Below are positions 11,416-22,119 of a stretch of DNA of 39,318 nucleotides, one piece after another. This stretch comes from Chiloscyllium plagiosum (Eukaryota). Positions within the stretch are counted from its first letter, which is position 1. Every line of letters starts with the position of its first letter. The stretch spans positions 7,976,835-8,016,152 of the forward strand of contig NC_057752.1 of assembly GCF_004010195.1 (NCBI RefSeq), written 5' to 3'. Below the pieces are notes generated by a model. It saw only the letters and a list, made by a program, of their open reading frames with translations, searched no databases and was not told where the DNA came from. The position numbers and the translations under genes were made by a program.

Positions 11416-14400
11416 TACTCAAATTGCCTGCTAGTAAACGGAGGCCTATTATCTGTGACCAACACTTCTGGGAGTCTGTGTATTACAAAACATGCATGCA
11501 ATTTTTCTATTGTTGTCCCTGTGTATGACTCTATGCATGTCCAGCTGCTTTGAACTGGCATCCACAATGACTAAGAACATTGAGCCCATAAAAGGGTCGG
11601 CATAGTCGATGTGTAATCGAGTCCAGGGTTTACCTGGCCATTCCCATGAATGTGGGGCTCTGCTGCCAGGAATTTTTGTCCTTGCTGGCGATCTGGGCAC
11701 TGCCTCACCAGCATGCATCCAATCCTGGTCACCAGACATAGCTTCTCACCGACATCCTTTGGAAACTCCTGGTGGAGTTCAGCCAGTATCTGGCAGCAAA
11801 CTTTGCTTGGTACAGTCATTCTTAATCCCCATAATAATATGGGGATTATCCCCTACTGTGAACTGGTGTCCAAAACGTTTTCAATTCGGGTTGTGACGGT
11901 TCTTTGGTTTCCCCCATTACCAACAGTTGTTTCAGTTTTGCCAGGGCTGGATTGTTCTGCGTACAAAATCTGATATTGTCAGCTGTGACTATAAGTGTGT
12001 CCAGAAAATTTAAAACCATTATGGACTCTACCACTACTGGTGTATCTGCCAAAGAGAGGGGGTTCATGCATCCACATTCGCTACTCAGCCTCCCAGACAG
12101 TGTTCCAACTTGTAGTTATGTGCAGAGTTCAACCTGAAGCTATGGGTGGCTCTGCCGTATTCTCCTTAAGTAGATCTAGCAGGGGTTTGTGGTCTGTTAT
12201 TATTACAAATTTACATCTGTAAAGGTATTGGTGAAACTTCCTAACTCCAAATATGACCGCTGAACATGCTTCTCTATCTGGGCGTATTCATGCTTTGCAT
12301 TAGCCCAAGTCCTGGATGCATATGCTATTGGGCATTCCTCTCCACTGGGCCTCCTATGATCTAATACCACTTTGATGCTGTATAGGAAGGCATTGCACGT
12401 CAATACCAGATTTCACTTGGGATCATAAATGTGCCAATGCCTGAGAGGATGATAGCTGTTTCTTCACTTCCCTGAAGACAATGGCTTGGCTATGCAACCA
12501 TTTCAAAAGCTGACCCTTTTTTAGGAATTGGGGTGCCTGGAACAGACATTTTTCCCTTCTAAGGCATCCCCATGTGGGAGAAACATCTAAGAACCATGTC
12601 CAAGTTCTCTAAGTGCTCATTATTGGTCTTCCCTGTTCTTAGCACATCGTTTAGATTAACAGCAACCTGGGGTAGACCTTGTAAAAGGTTTTCCATTTTC
12701 TGCTGAAAGGTGGTGCAGGCTGACAATATCCCAAATAATACAGTCTCGTATATTGGTACAAACCTCATCTAGCCGCAATTGCAACTACGCATGGCTCATG
12801 TCCAGTATTCATGAAGGATAGCCCCTCAGTCAGCCTTGCGTCTAAATCCTTTGTACAGGGGATTGGTTATTTATCCAGCTGCAAAAAGCAGTTTACTGTT
12901 TGTTTAAAATCCCCACAAAAGCGAACCATCCAAGTAGGCTTCACTGTCAGAAAGACAAGTGCTGCCCATTCCACAAACTGGACTGGTTTGATGATTCCTT
13001 CGCTTTGCAGCCTCCTGATATCTGTTTCTACTTTTGGTGGGCCTTGCAGCATCATGGAATTGCTTCCTGGTCAATATGTAAGGTGGCCTCGGCTCCTTTG
13101 ATAGTCCCTAAACCTTCCTGATAAACTTCCAGGTATTTAATAAGGACTTCAGTCAGGCAGTCATTTTCAAATCAAGGTGAATATTTCTCAACCAATTTCG
13201 ACCCATCAGGCTTGAGCCCGAGCCTTTTACCACAATCAGTGGCAAAGAGACCCGAACTGAAGTTGTACCCTTAATCTCTAAAGGTTCTCAGTCTAAACGA
13301 GGCCTTGTGCAAACTTAAGGGTTGGCGTCCAGAGCGAATTCTGTTAAAGATTTGTTCTTCAGTCACTGATACGATTGTGCTAATATCATCCTCCATTTAA
13401 CCAGATATTTATTTTGATTGGTTCTGATTTGGATGTTGTTAAGCAAGTTCACTGTCCCACATCGGATGTAGGTTGACGTTCCAGGGTGTTGACTCTCCTA
13501 GATACCACCCTATGTGTTCTCTTAATCAATTTTGGTCTAGTGGGTCTCCTTTGCTGTCTCAAGTCCGCATGTAGACAGGCAGGAGGTTAGATGAACACAG
13601 CAAGCCAGGTAGCATCAGGTGGAGAAGTCACATTTTGGGTATAACCCTTCTTCAGAGGGGAAACAAAACCAACTCTCTCCTCAAGTCCGCATACCGGCAG
13701 CAACTATGATGCCTTGCTGGCCAGGATCCTGAAGAAAATCTTAACCTTCTGGCCAAACCTTGGGTTTGTTTTGGGGTTTTGCTGAGGGCTGACCTAGAGT
13801 CCCTCTGTTCAGGATATGTCCTGAGTGAGGCTGTGCAATTGCCTTCACTCAAATGGTGTTCTCCAAGCTCAGTTGCACTGGAGAGGGTGTCTGCTTCCCT
13901 CTAAATACTCTGCAACTCATATGCTCCATTTACTGCATTTTCCAAGGATAAAACCAGTTGTAAGGCCTGTTTGAAGTCCAGTTAGGCTTCAGCTAGTAGG
14001 TGCTTTTGCACAGTAACATCATTAATCCCACATACCAAATGGTCTCTCAGCATCTCATTAAGGGTTAAACCAAAGTCACATGTCTGTGACAGTCATCAAA
14101 ACCTAATCAAAAATCATGATATGGATTCCCCTGATTCTTAAATTGCTGAGAAAAACAATAGCATTTCAGAATGAGGTGCAGCTTGGGGTTGTAATATTCC
14201 TTAACTAAATCCATAAACTCAAAGGGTTTTAGTACCTCAGGGAAAGTTAGGCTCCTAATAACTGAAAAAGCTGCGGGTCCACAAACTGTCAGAATTACTT
14301 GTTGCTTTTCATCTGCCTCAATGGCATTTCCCATGAAAAAGAAATGTATTCTTTCCATGTACCATGCCCAGTCTTCAGCAGGATTGAACAAGTCAAGTTT

Positions 14401-14613
14401 CCCAAATAATGGCACGATGCCAGAAACACTCACCTCAATTCAAGATGACTGTTACAAGTGAATTTCTTCAGGAGCGTGCTTTGCTCTGGTCACCACTGAA
14501 ATAACTCCACAGAGGCCAGTATCCCGTCACCAAGTCACCCTTTAGTTACATGTGGAGAGTCCTTGACACTGATCCAGCTCCCTCAGAGCCAGCTCTGACT
14601 GAACAGAACCCCT

Positions 14614-15419
14614 AATATTCCTGTTTTTTTTTTGCTAACCCTCACACTACCGCCTAACTGCGGTAGCGCTTACTTTTTTTTCCCCAGCACCCATGGTGCG
14701 TGTGTGTGCAGGTGTGAGACACAGTGAGAGACACAAGGTGCACAAATCTTTATTCAATTTCCACCACCAGGAAGATAGGAAAACACCCGGGTGGCCAGTG
14801 ACAAGCAGTGCCCTTCACAAAAAAGGGCAATGCGGTGTGGACACTCCTGTTTCTTTTTTATTATGCTGACACTCCTGTTCTTTTTTTTCCCACACTACCG
14901 CCTAACTGCGGTAGTGCTTATTCTTTTCCCCAGCACCCATGGTGTGTGTGTGTGTGTGTGTGTGNNNNNNNNNNNNNNNNNNNNNNNNNNNNNNAACCCC
15001 CACACTACCGCCTAACTGCGGTAGTGCTTATTTTTTCCCCAGCACCCATGGTGTGTGTGTGCAGGTGTGAGACACAGTGAGAGACACAAGTTATACAAAT
15101 CTTTATTCAAGTTCCACCACCAGGAAGATAGGAAAACACCTGAGTGGCCAGTGACAAGCACTGCCCTTCACATAAAAGGACAATGCTGTGTGGACACTCC
15201 TGTTTCTTTTTTTTAAGATTTTTCTTTCTTTTTTTTAAACTTTTTTTCTTTTTTTTGTGCAGGTGTGAGACACAGTGAAAGACACAAAGTGCACAAATCT
15301 TTATTCAATTTCCACCACCAGGAAGATAGGAAAACACCTGGGTGGCCAGTGACAAACACTGCCCTTCACATCAAAGGGCAGTGTGATCAAAAACAGTGAA
15401 GGGGAGACACTCCTGTTTC
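14614..15419 (-). mobile_element. Stack of 5'-truncated poly(A)-tailed non-LTR retrotransposon 3' ends (Tx1-like) in the Gypsy 5' LTR
   Basis: Target repeat gacactcctgtt(t) at 14840, 14868, 15193 and 15406, with a diverged copy aatattcctgttt at 14614. All but the last are followed by T-runs (poly(A) on - strand) and related ~200-bp units or a very short stub. Removing the inserts restores a continuous LTR. Confidence 0.82.
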
Positions 15420-15659
15420 TATCTGTCAGCCAGGACTCCCTGATTGTACCAGATTAACAGCCCCAGTTAGTGAACTCCTATTCTACGAGGTCCACCTGGC
15501 TGATGTCATTACAATCATTCCACCTGACAGTATGCTTTGGCAGCTTCACAAGGCCAGTGTCATGCCTCAATATTCTGAGCTACATCACCTTATACAGATG
15601 TATATCAACAGATACAAAGTGCTCATGCTACACTAATGCAGTGAAATTTAGGCACTTCT

Positions 15660-16225
15660 TATTCACTCATGGGACATGGACATCGCTTTGGCTAGCATTT
15701 GTTACCTATCGCGAGTTACTTGAGAAGTTGGTGGTCAACTGCCTTCTCCAAGTGCTGCAGTCCACGCAACAAAGGTATATCCACAATGCAGTTAGGAAGG
15801 GAATTCCAGGATTTTGTCCCAACAACACTGAAGACATGGCAATATATTTCTAAGTCATGATGATGAGTAGCTTGGAGGGGAACTTGAAGGTGGTGGTATT
15901 CCTATGTATCTACTGCTCTTTGACCTTCTTGATGGAAGTAATTTGTAAGATGCTATCTGATTATCTTTGGTGAATGTCTACACTGCATCTTTGTAGATAA
16001 TACACACTGCTGCTACTGAGCATCAGTGGTGGAGGAAGTGGATGTTTATGGATGTGGTACCAGTAAATAGGTTGCTTGTCCTGGATGGTGTCAAGCTTCT
16101 TGAGTGTTATTGGACTTGCACCAATCTAGGCAAGTGGGGAGTTTTACATCACATTCCTGACTTGTGTCTTTTAGATGGTTTACAGGTTTTGGGATGTCAG
16201 GAGGTGAGTTACTGCATGATCCCTT
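15660..16225 (-). mobile_element. LINE (L2/CR1 group) 3' fragment
   Basis: Resembles an abundant shark LINE 3' end (gagaagttggtggtc...ggagggaacttgaaggtggtggtattcc); family not determined. Confidence 0.6.
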
Positions 16226-16729
16226 CTTAAAGCATTCAGGTCAGAGTGAAAGTTGGATTAGAGAAAATCATGTGGAGCCTGGAGAAGGATGAGTGTTCTT
16301 ACTCAACAGCAGTCACAATTGCCCTTCCCAGAACTTACCCAAGGGCCACAGCCAGTCAAGCAGGTGGCCTGATGTTTTTGCTCAGGTGAGCTTCCTGCAG
16401 CTGTGTGACCACTGCCAACAGCTTGTGTCAATGCACTAATGCCCAGCAAATTTCCATCAACTCCTGGGCTTTTTTCTTCAGGTAGATTCTAACTGTGTTT
16501 GGATATAAAATCAGGCCCACATCAAAACTGAGCCCAGAGTCACTCTATTTAGCAGCCCAACCAAGAATATGTGAACTACTCCTTTTGTATTTTACTGAGA
16601 CTGAACATGAGTTCAGGACTGGATTGAATATGAGAACCCCAAGATATTGTAATCAATCATTCCACTTATTTGTTTATGCTTATTTGTTTAAACAATGTTT
16701 ATTTTTATCTTCCAATCAATCTTGCAAAG

Positions 16730-16873
16730 AACATAAAAGACCAAGCGACCTTGGATACACTCATGCTGGACTTGGATGAAAATGGTGATATGGAAATTGA
16801 TTTTCAAGAATTTGTCACTTTTGTTGCTATGATTACCTCAGCATGTCACAGCTTCTTTGCACCTCAAGAGTGA
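16730..16873 (+). CDS. S100B: S100B-like protein, last coding exon (canonical EF-hand)
   Basis: NIKDQATLDTLMLDLDENGDMEIDFQEFVTFVAMITSACHSFFAPQE*; EF loop DENGDMEIDFQE; matches the S100B C-terminus (DFQEFMAFVAMVTTACHEFF). Acceptor ...cttgcaaag|AAC is in phase 0 with the upstream exon, giving 91 aa in total. Confidence 0.92.
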   Translation, partial: NIKDQATLDTLMLDLDENGDMEIDFQEFVTFVAMITSACHSFFAPQE

Positions 16874-16961
16874 ATTTTGGAACCAAGAGCGAACATTGGA
16901 ACTAAGAGCGAACTCTGGATGTGTACATTGCTTTCTGAAATGAGTTGAAAAACCTCAACTA

Positions 16962-17332
16962 AATAAAGCGAACAACTTTTCAAGTAGAATAGAAACATAA
17001 TTATCAGATCAGAATAAGAAGTGCTAGGACGGCTAAAAATATTTTAATCCTTTACTTGCATTCTGTCTGTTTCCATGTTGTATGACGCTATGATCCTGAA
17101 AAGTCCAACTGAATATACATATATGCTTTGAAAAAAAGAGTATTCTAAATCAGATGTCAGCTGTAAATGCAGTGCTTCAGAAATGTCCACTTTATAACTC
17201 CCATTAAATGTAGTTGTCTGCTTTAAGATAACTGCACCAGTATTATTGATTGTTTGGAAAATTTGAACTCACAAAAAGAATGTTACCCAAATGGAAATTT
17301 TATTGATTGAATAAAGAGAGCAGTGAAATAAA
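16962..17332 (+). promoter_or_regulatory. Candidate polyadenylation signals of the S100 gene
   Basis: AATAAA at 16962-16967, 17310-17315 and 17327-17332, downstream of the stop at 16873. Confidence 0.5.
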
Positions 17333-18747
17333 GGGCCCTGACTGTGATATGTCAGAGCTCCCCTGGCAGCAGATAGTATTCTGAAAGCCTAACTTGTAAT
17401 ATCCTTCAGAGCATCAGTATGATAACAGAATGCTTTATTCTCTAAATATTAGAGGAAAACCCATTACTTGGCACGAGGTACCCAATCTTCTTGATTTCAT
17501 GATCATAGCAGGCTTCAGTCAATTACTACATAATAGTTTGAATACACTTTAGACATGAAGGGTAAAACAAAGAGAGTTTATGAAAACACAGGGGAAACAA
17601 TTATACTTCACATACTAGTGAGCCCTATTACCACTTGTTCCAAGTTTATCAAGTTTTGGATTTTGAGCAGTTTGACATTCATAGCAAATTTCATTCAAGT
17701 TAAAAAATTAAGAGCTAATGATATTTTATTTTAAAATTTGCATTCACTGAGCTATTAAAAAATGCACAGCCTCTGCAACAATGCACCCATTTCTACAGCA
17801 CACCAACATGCAGTTTTCAGTATCATTACAATTTATCACTATATTATTGTACATCAAATTGTCTCTGAAGGTTCAAAGGGTTTCAAAATTCTAGGGATTA
17901 TTGATTACCTGTACTGATATTATAATTAATTTGGCAGCAAAATTCACTAACCTTGCTTAGATTTAGTGATGACTATAAGTTCCAGCTTCACAAAACCAGT
18001 ATCCAAACAGTTGTCATTTTCAATTAGGTTCCTTAAGAGTCGACAACATTACCGGTACAACTTTCCAAAATTCTTACAACAGACAACGTAAGTTACTATC
18101 TCAAACAGGAATCTCAATTCTAACTTTAAAGAGTGGAGCCACCGATAGAAAAGCTCAGTGAAAACAAATGAGATGGGATTTTTTCCATTGGAGCATTGAC
18201 TACAAAAACAAAAGTGAATTTGAATTTGTAAGTGATGTTAGTCAGACCGCTGTTGTTTACAGGTTTGGACGTCCAATTATAGAAAGAAAATCAGATTAAT
18301 GGAAATAATCTAGCAAAGATTCAGTAGAATGATAACAGAAAAAAAATTAAAATTATAACACAAGGCTTAAAAAAATGCACACTTTTCATTAAAACACTAA
18401 CTGGGCATCTAATGGAGGTTTTCAAAATGATCAAAGGATTTGAGGCTGTAATTAGTGAAAGATTTTTCACTGGTTAGTGCTTGGTAACAAGAGGATATAA
18501 AGTTATTATTGGAAGATAAAATGCTTTGTGATGCAACTGTTTATTTTGAGAAGACATCAATATATTCATGCAAGCATTACTCATGTATCAGATTTTACAA
18601 CAAATACGATCCTAAAAAACTATTTCGTAACTAATAGTAACATCCCATAGCTAATTTTGCAGAAGTATATCAAGCAGCTAACAATGCTGTAGGAAGTATT
18701 TGAGTTCCAATCTATTTTTGCCTGAAGTGTAAACCATTTCAGGAATT

Positions 18748-18845
18748 TTATTCCTTTCCAATGTTCTGTTTTCGTATAACTGTCTGTTGCTGGCCTGTGC
18801 TACTCTTCAAAGACTTCCTCTCTAACAAGGGCACAATTTGTATCA
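18748..18845 (-). CDS. Probable terminal coding exon of unidentified protein
   Basis: Acceptor tttatgtttttgttcag; phase 1 gives VIQIVPLLERKSLKSSTGQQQTVIRKQNIGKE*; AATAAA on the - strand at 18540-18545. Confidence 0.6.
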
Positions 18846-19853
18846 CTGAACAAAAACATAAATATAAAAATTACAATGACAGTAATATAGACTTCCATAC
18901 ATATGCTCACATTACTTACGTAAGAAATAGAGAGTGTATAAATAACTTTGTTACAACACAGTGCCAACATCAAAGTAAGTTTGCCAGATTTGCTACGGCC
19001 AGTGAGCAAAACTACACAGTCTCCAGCTTTGTCAAATCTAGCTGCTGGTTAGCATTGAAACTGGCTATGGGAGATGTGCACATTTGGAATCAAAGGAATT
19101 AACAAAGTTCAGAAAGCTGTTAAGAATGGATAAGATTAATACTATATCTTACAAAATGGAAAGCAAGCAGTAGATTTTTAACGTTCTCATAAATATCTAT
19201 TCTCGGATACTCCACTATAATTGGAGATCAATGCTACATTTTACATACGTGAAACCGCCTACAGGCTTAAATATGATGCAAAAAAAACTGTACACAAGGC
19301 AAGGAGTGGCACAGCATGTGATTAGCTGCACTAAACCCGATGCCAATAATTGGGTATAACAACAGCACTACCCAATTCAATGGTCTTAAAAAAAATACTA
19401 GTTGATCCCCTGTGGTAAGCTCAAGGAACGACAGTCAAGATCATTTTTCAGATCAAGGAGGATTAGAGACTGGGTAGGAAAACAATTGAAGTGGCAGGAA
19501 AAAAGAAAGGAGGGCTGAGGCATTGTGGGAAAAAACTAGAGGGGAGAGAAGGAGTGAGGGCAAAGAGAGAAAGTGAAAGGGAAAGTGAGCCTGGAGGGAG
19601 GAGAGAAGACAGGTCAGAGACAAGAGAAAGGAGGGTTGAATGACAAATTTAATTGCCTAGTGATAACTGTTTCAGATTTGATATAAACATACCAATCTTT
19701 ACATTTTGGGTTTTAGCTGCATGGAAACATGAGCTTTTAGATTCAGATTTAGATCATTTCAAGTTGAATGGTGCTCTCCCCTCCAAAATGGGAGAACAAA
19801 GAGCAAGAAGGAGGTAAATGTAATAAAGTAATGCAGAAATTCTTACCTCTTAC

Positions 19854-19940
19854 CCTGAGGGGATGGCTTCCGAACACAAGTTTGGTGAGCACTAGCAGTA
19901 ACCACCTTTTCCAGTTTAGGATCAATTGGGGTTGAAGGTA
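19854..19940 (-). CDS. Exon of unidentified protein
   Basis: 87-nt phase 1-1 exon gattttgcag|TAC...CAGG|gtaaga; VPSTPIDPKLEKVVTASAHQTCVRKPSPQ. A second donor lies 7 nt further on (exon end 19847). Confidence 0.68.
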
Positions 19941-20074
19941 CTGCAAAATCTGAAATAAACAATATTCAGCTTGAAGTAAATGCTAATCAATAAACCCATG
20001 TACCTTACTTAAATGAGGGTCCTGATTGATCCAAAACAAGTATCCAACATAGAAAATAAAACATATTCATGCAA

Positions 20075-21035
20075 TTCCACCATTACCCCCTGTCTTCCTT
20101 CCCACAACAGCGACAGGGTTCCCCTTGTCCTTACCTGCCATCCTACCAGCATTCACATCCAGAAGGTCATCAACTGCCTTTCTGCCACCTCCAGCGAGAT
20201 GCCACCACCAGACACATGTATTCCCTTCCCTTCCCCAGTCCGCGGAGACTGTTCCTCCAGGACACCCTGGTCCACTCTTCCCTCCACACCTCCTCTCTCT
20301 CTCTGTCTTCCCACCCCACCACTCACCCCCCACCACACACACACACAAAACAGCCCTACAGCACCTTCCCCTGCAAACGCCCAAGGCGTAAATCTGTCCT
20401 GTCCATTTTCCTCCTCCCTCCTCAGTATCCAAGGACCCAAACATACCTTCCAGGTGAAGCAGCACTTTACCTGTACTTCTCACAATCTCATCTACTGCAT
20501 TTGCTGTTACAAAGCGGTCTCCTCTACATTGGGGAAACAAAGCGTAGACTGGATGACAGCTTTGCAGAACCCCTACTTTCTGCCTGCAAACATGACCCTG
20601 AGCTTCCAGTCGCCTGCCACCCTGTTCCCTGGCCAATACCTCTGTCTCAGGCGTGCTGCAGTGTTCTGGTGAAGCTCAGCGTAAGCTGGAAGAACAATCT
20701 CATTTTTTGCTTGGGGACCCTGCAGCCCTCTGGACTCAATATAATATTGAGTTCAATAATTTTAGGGCTTGAACTCTCCGATGTCCTAACCCCCTACCAC
20801 ACACACCAGGCCTAGTTATCACACAGTGTGCCATGGCAGACTCTCTCTTGTTAGCCACTAACAGTCTCCATTAACAGCTGTTCACCTTCCTAGCCAGATT
20901 GTTATCCACTCCTTTATCTATCCAACTGTTCTCTCTCTATGGGCTCTATCCCCACCTATTGATTACTCCTTATTCCCATCTTCTGCAGATAAACCAACAT
21001 TTTCCCAGCTACCATCAGTTCTGAGGAAGGGCCAT
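20075..21035 (+). mobile_element. Penelope-like element 3' relic (GIY-YIG endonuclease)
   Basis: DRVPLVLTCHP, IQGPKHTFQVKQHFTCTSHNLIYCI and GLLYIGETKRRL in shifting frames; ends at a truncated ctgaggaaggg hammerhead-like start. Confidence 0.88.
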
Positions 21036-21789
21036 CTTATATATCAATTAAATTTACAGACTAGGAACTTCCACAGTGGTTCTTCCAAACTCCTGCAGAC
21101 ATTTCACTGTAAGATCGGCAAAAGCATAGAGAAAAGGGCAGATACCATTTTCACAATATCCAATCATCTATGAGAATTACAATGGAAGATCAAGGAAATC
21201 CTCCCAGAAATTCTATTCCATGGAGTCTTGCATTAAAGCATTTCACAATTCATGCAACTGTTTACTTTTGAAGTGCAGTGACTGCATTATATATGCAAAT
21301 CAATAAACACATCATTATCAAATAAAAATAGAAAATGCTACAAATACTCAGCAGGACGGGTGGAACCTGGACAGAGAGAAACAGACTTAATGTTTCAGGT
21401 TATTGAGCTTTTATCAGGACTCATTGATCATTTAAGAAAGGTCACTGACCTAAAATGTTTTCGCTTGTTTTTGCTCAGCCTGACCTGCTGAGTACTACGG
21501 ACATTTTTTTGTTTTAATTTCAGATTTCCAGCATCTGCAGTTCTTTTTTATTTTAAAAGCTGTGTTAACATGATAATGCTGTACCAAGTATTTGGTTAAA
21601 CATGAGTGGAGGACAGGCACTATCATTTGAGAAAAGTACATGGTGAGGCAGTCACTATATATTGCTATATCTATATTAACATTGCAGGCAGTGTCTGGCA
21701 GTTTCATGAGCTAGAAAATGTTATGTAGTTTAGTCGAGCACATTAGTAGCAAAACAAATTAATTTGTCAGGACAAAAGTGAAAATTTAC

Positions 21790-21867
21790 CTGTATCCTGG
21801 GAATTCAGCATTTTCTCAACAGTGTTATTGGAAGGCGAGGATGGCACATCTCGGTCCCTGTTGTCAA
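21790..21867 (-). CDS. Exon of unidentified protein
   Basis: 78-nt phase 1-1 exon after an 81-nt intron; tttctttcactcttcag|TTG...CAG|gtaaat; VDNRDRDVPSSPSNNTVEKMLNSQDT. Confidence 0.72.
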
Positions 21868-21948
21868 CTGAAGAGTGAAAGAAAAATCAAGTTTTATAGA
21901 AGATCAGCTTTCTCAAGTGTAACATTTTGGAGCTTTATTTGAAATTAC

Positions 21949-22119
21949 CTGGTTCCATCACTTCAGAAACTCGGACATCAAACCACTCAAGGCCAGATCT
22001 TTCAACATCAGGCACCAGATGTAAAGGTGACTCTGGGAACAGAAGTGCAAACCGACGACTGTATGGAGAGTTATAACTAGAAGTTGTTTGATGAGGTGCT
22101 GTATGCTCCATTTCAAACA
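21949..22119 (-). CDS. Exon of unidentified protein
   Basis: 171-nt phase 1-1 exon with strong acceptor ttttgtctttttacttttccag and donor CAG|gtaatt; FEMEHTAPHQTTSSYNSPYSRRFALLFPESPLHLVPDVERSGLEWFDVRVSEVMEP. Confidence 0.75.

Larger units (their letters stand above)
10161..15522 (-). mobile_element. Degenerate full-length Gypsy/Ty3 LTR retrotransposon inside the S100 intron
   Basis: Paired LTRs (10161-10395 and 14497-15522, the latter interrupted); PBS-like TGGTGACCAGAG (14484-14495, - strand); PPT (10396-10409); flanks CCTGG/CCTGA as a 5-bp TSD with one mismatch. Broken ORFs run gag (PLFGKLDLFNPAEDWAWYMERI), RT (IIKPVQFVEWAA, VRFCGDFKQTVN, LFGILSAC), RNase H (PIAYASRT), integrase (WEWPGKPWTRLHIDYADPF). 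Confidence 0.93.

Noticed and set aside
14614..15419. CRISPR-like repeat-spacer array (recurring gacactcctgtt)
   Set aside because: Eukaryotic context; the repeat is only ~13 bp; the 'spacers' are homologous to each other, variable in length and poly(A)-tailed; no cas genes. Target-site duplications explain it better.
18650..18680. YFCK on the - strand as the missing ESYT exon
   Set aside because: Flanking residues and splice sites do not fit, and there is an adjacent in-frame stop.
18761..19102. 113-aa + strand ORF
   Set aside because: No recognisable homology or splice support; it overlaps the better-supported - strand terminal exon.
19495..19640. Purine-rich tract as a functional element
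   Set aside because: Low-complexity intronic sequence with no further support.
20013..20815. Longest ORFs in the track (219, 248, 189 aa) as host genes
   Set aside because: They are frameshifted pieces or antisense shadows of a Penelope GIY-YIG relic.
21949..22000. Tudor-domain assignment from WFDVRVSEVMEPGNF
   Set aside because: The GNF part is intronic, and the following exons are low-complexity with no Tudor core.
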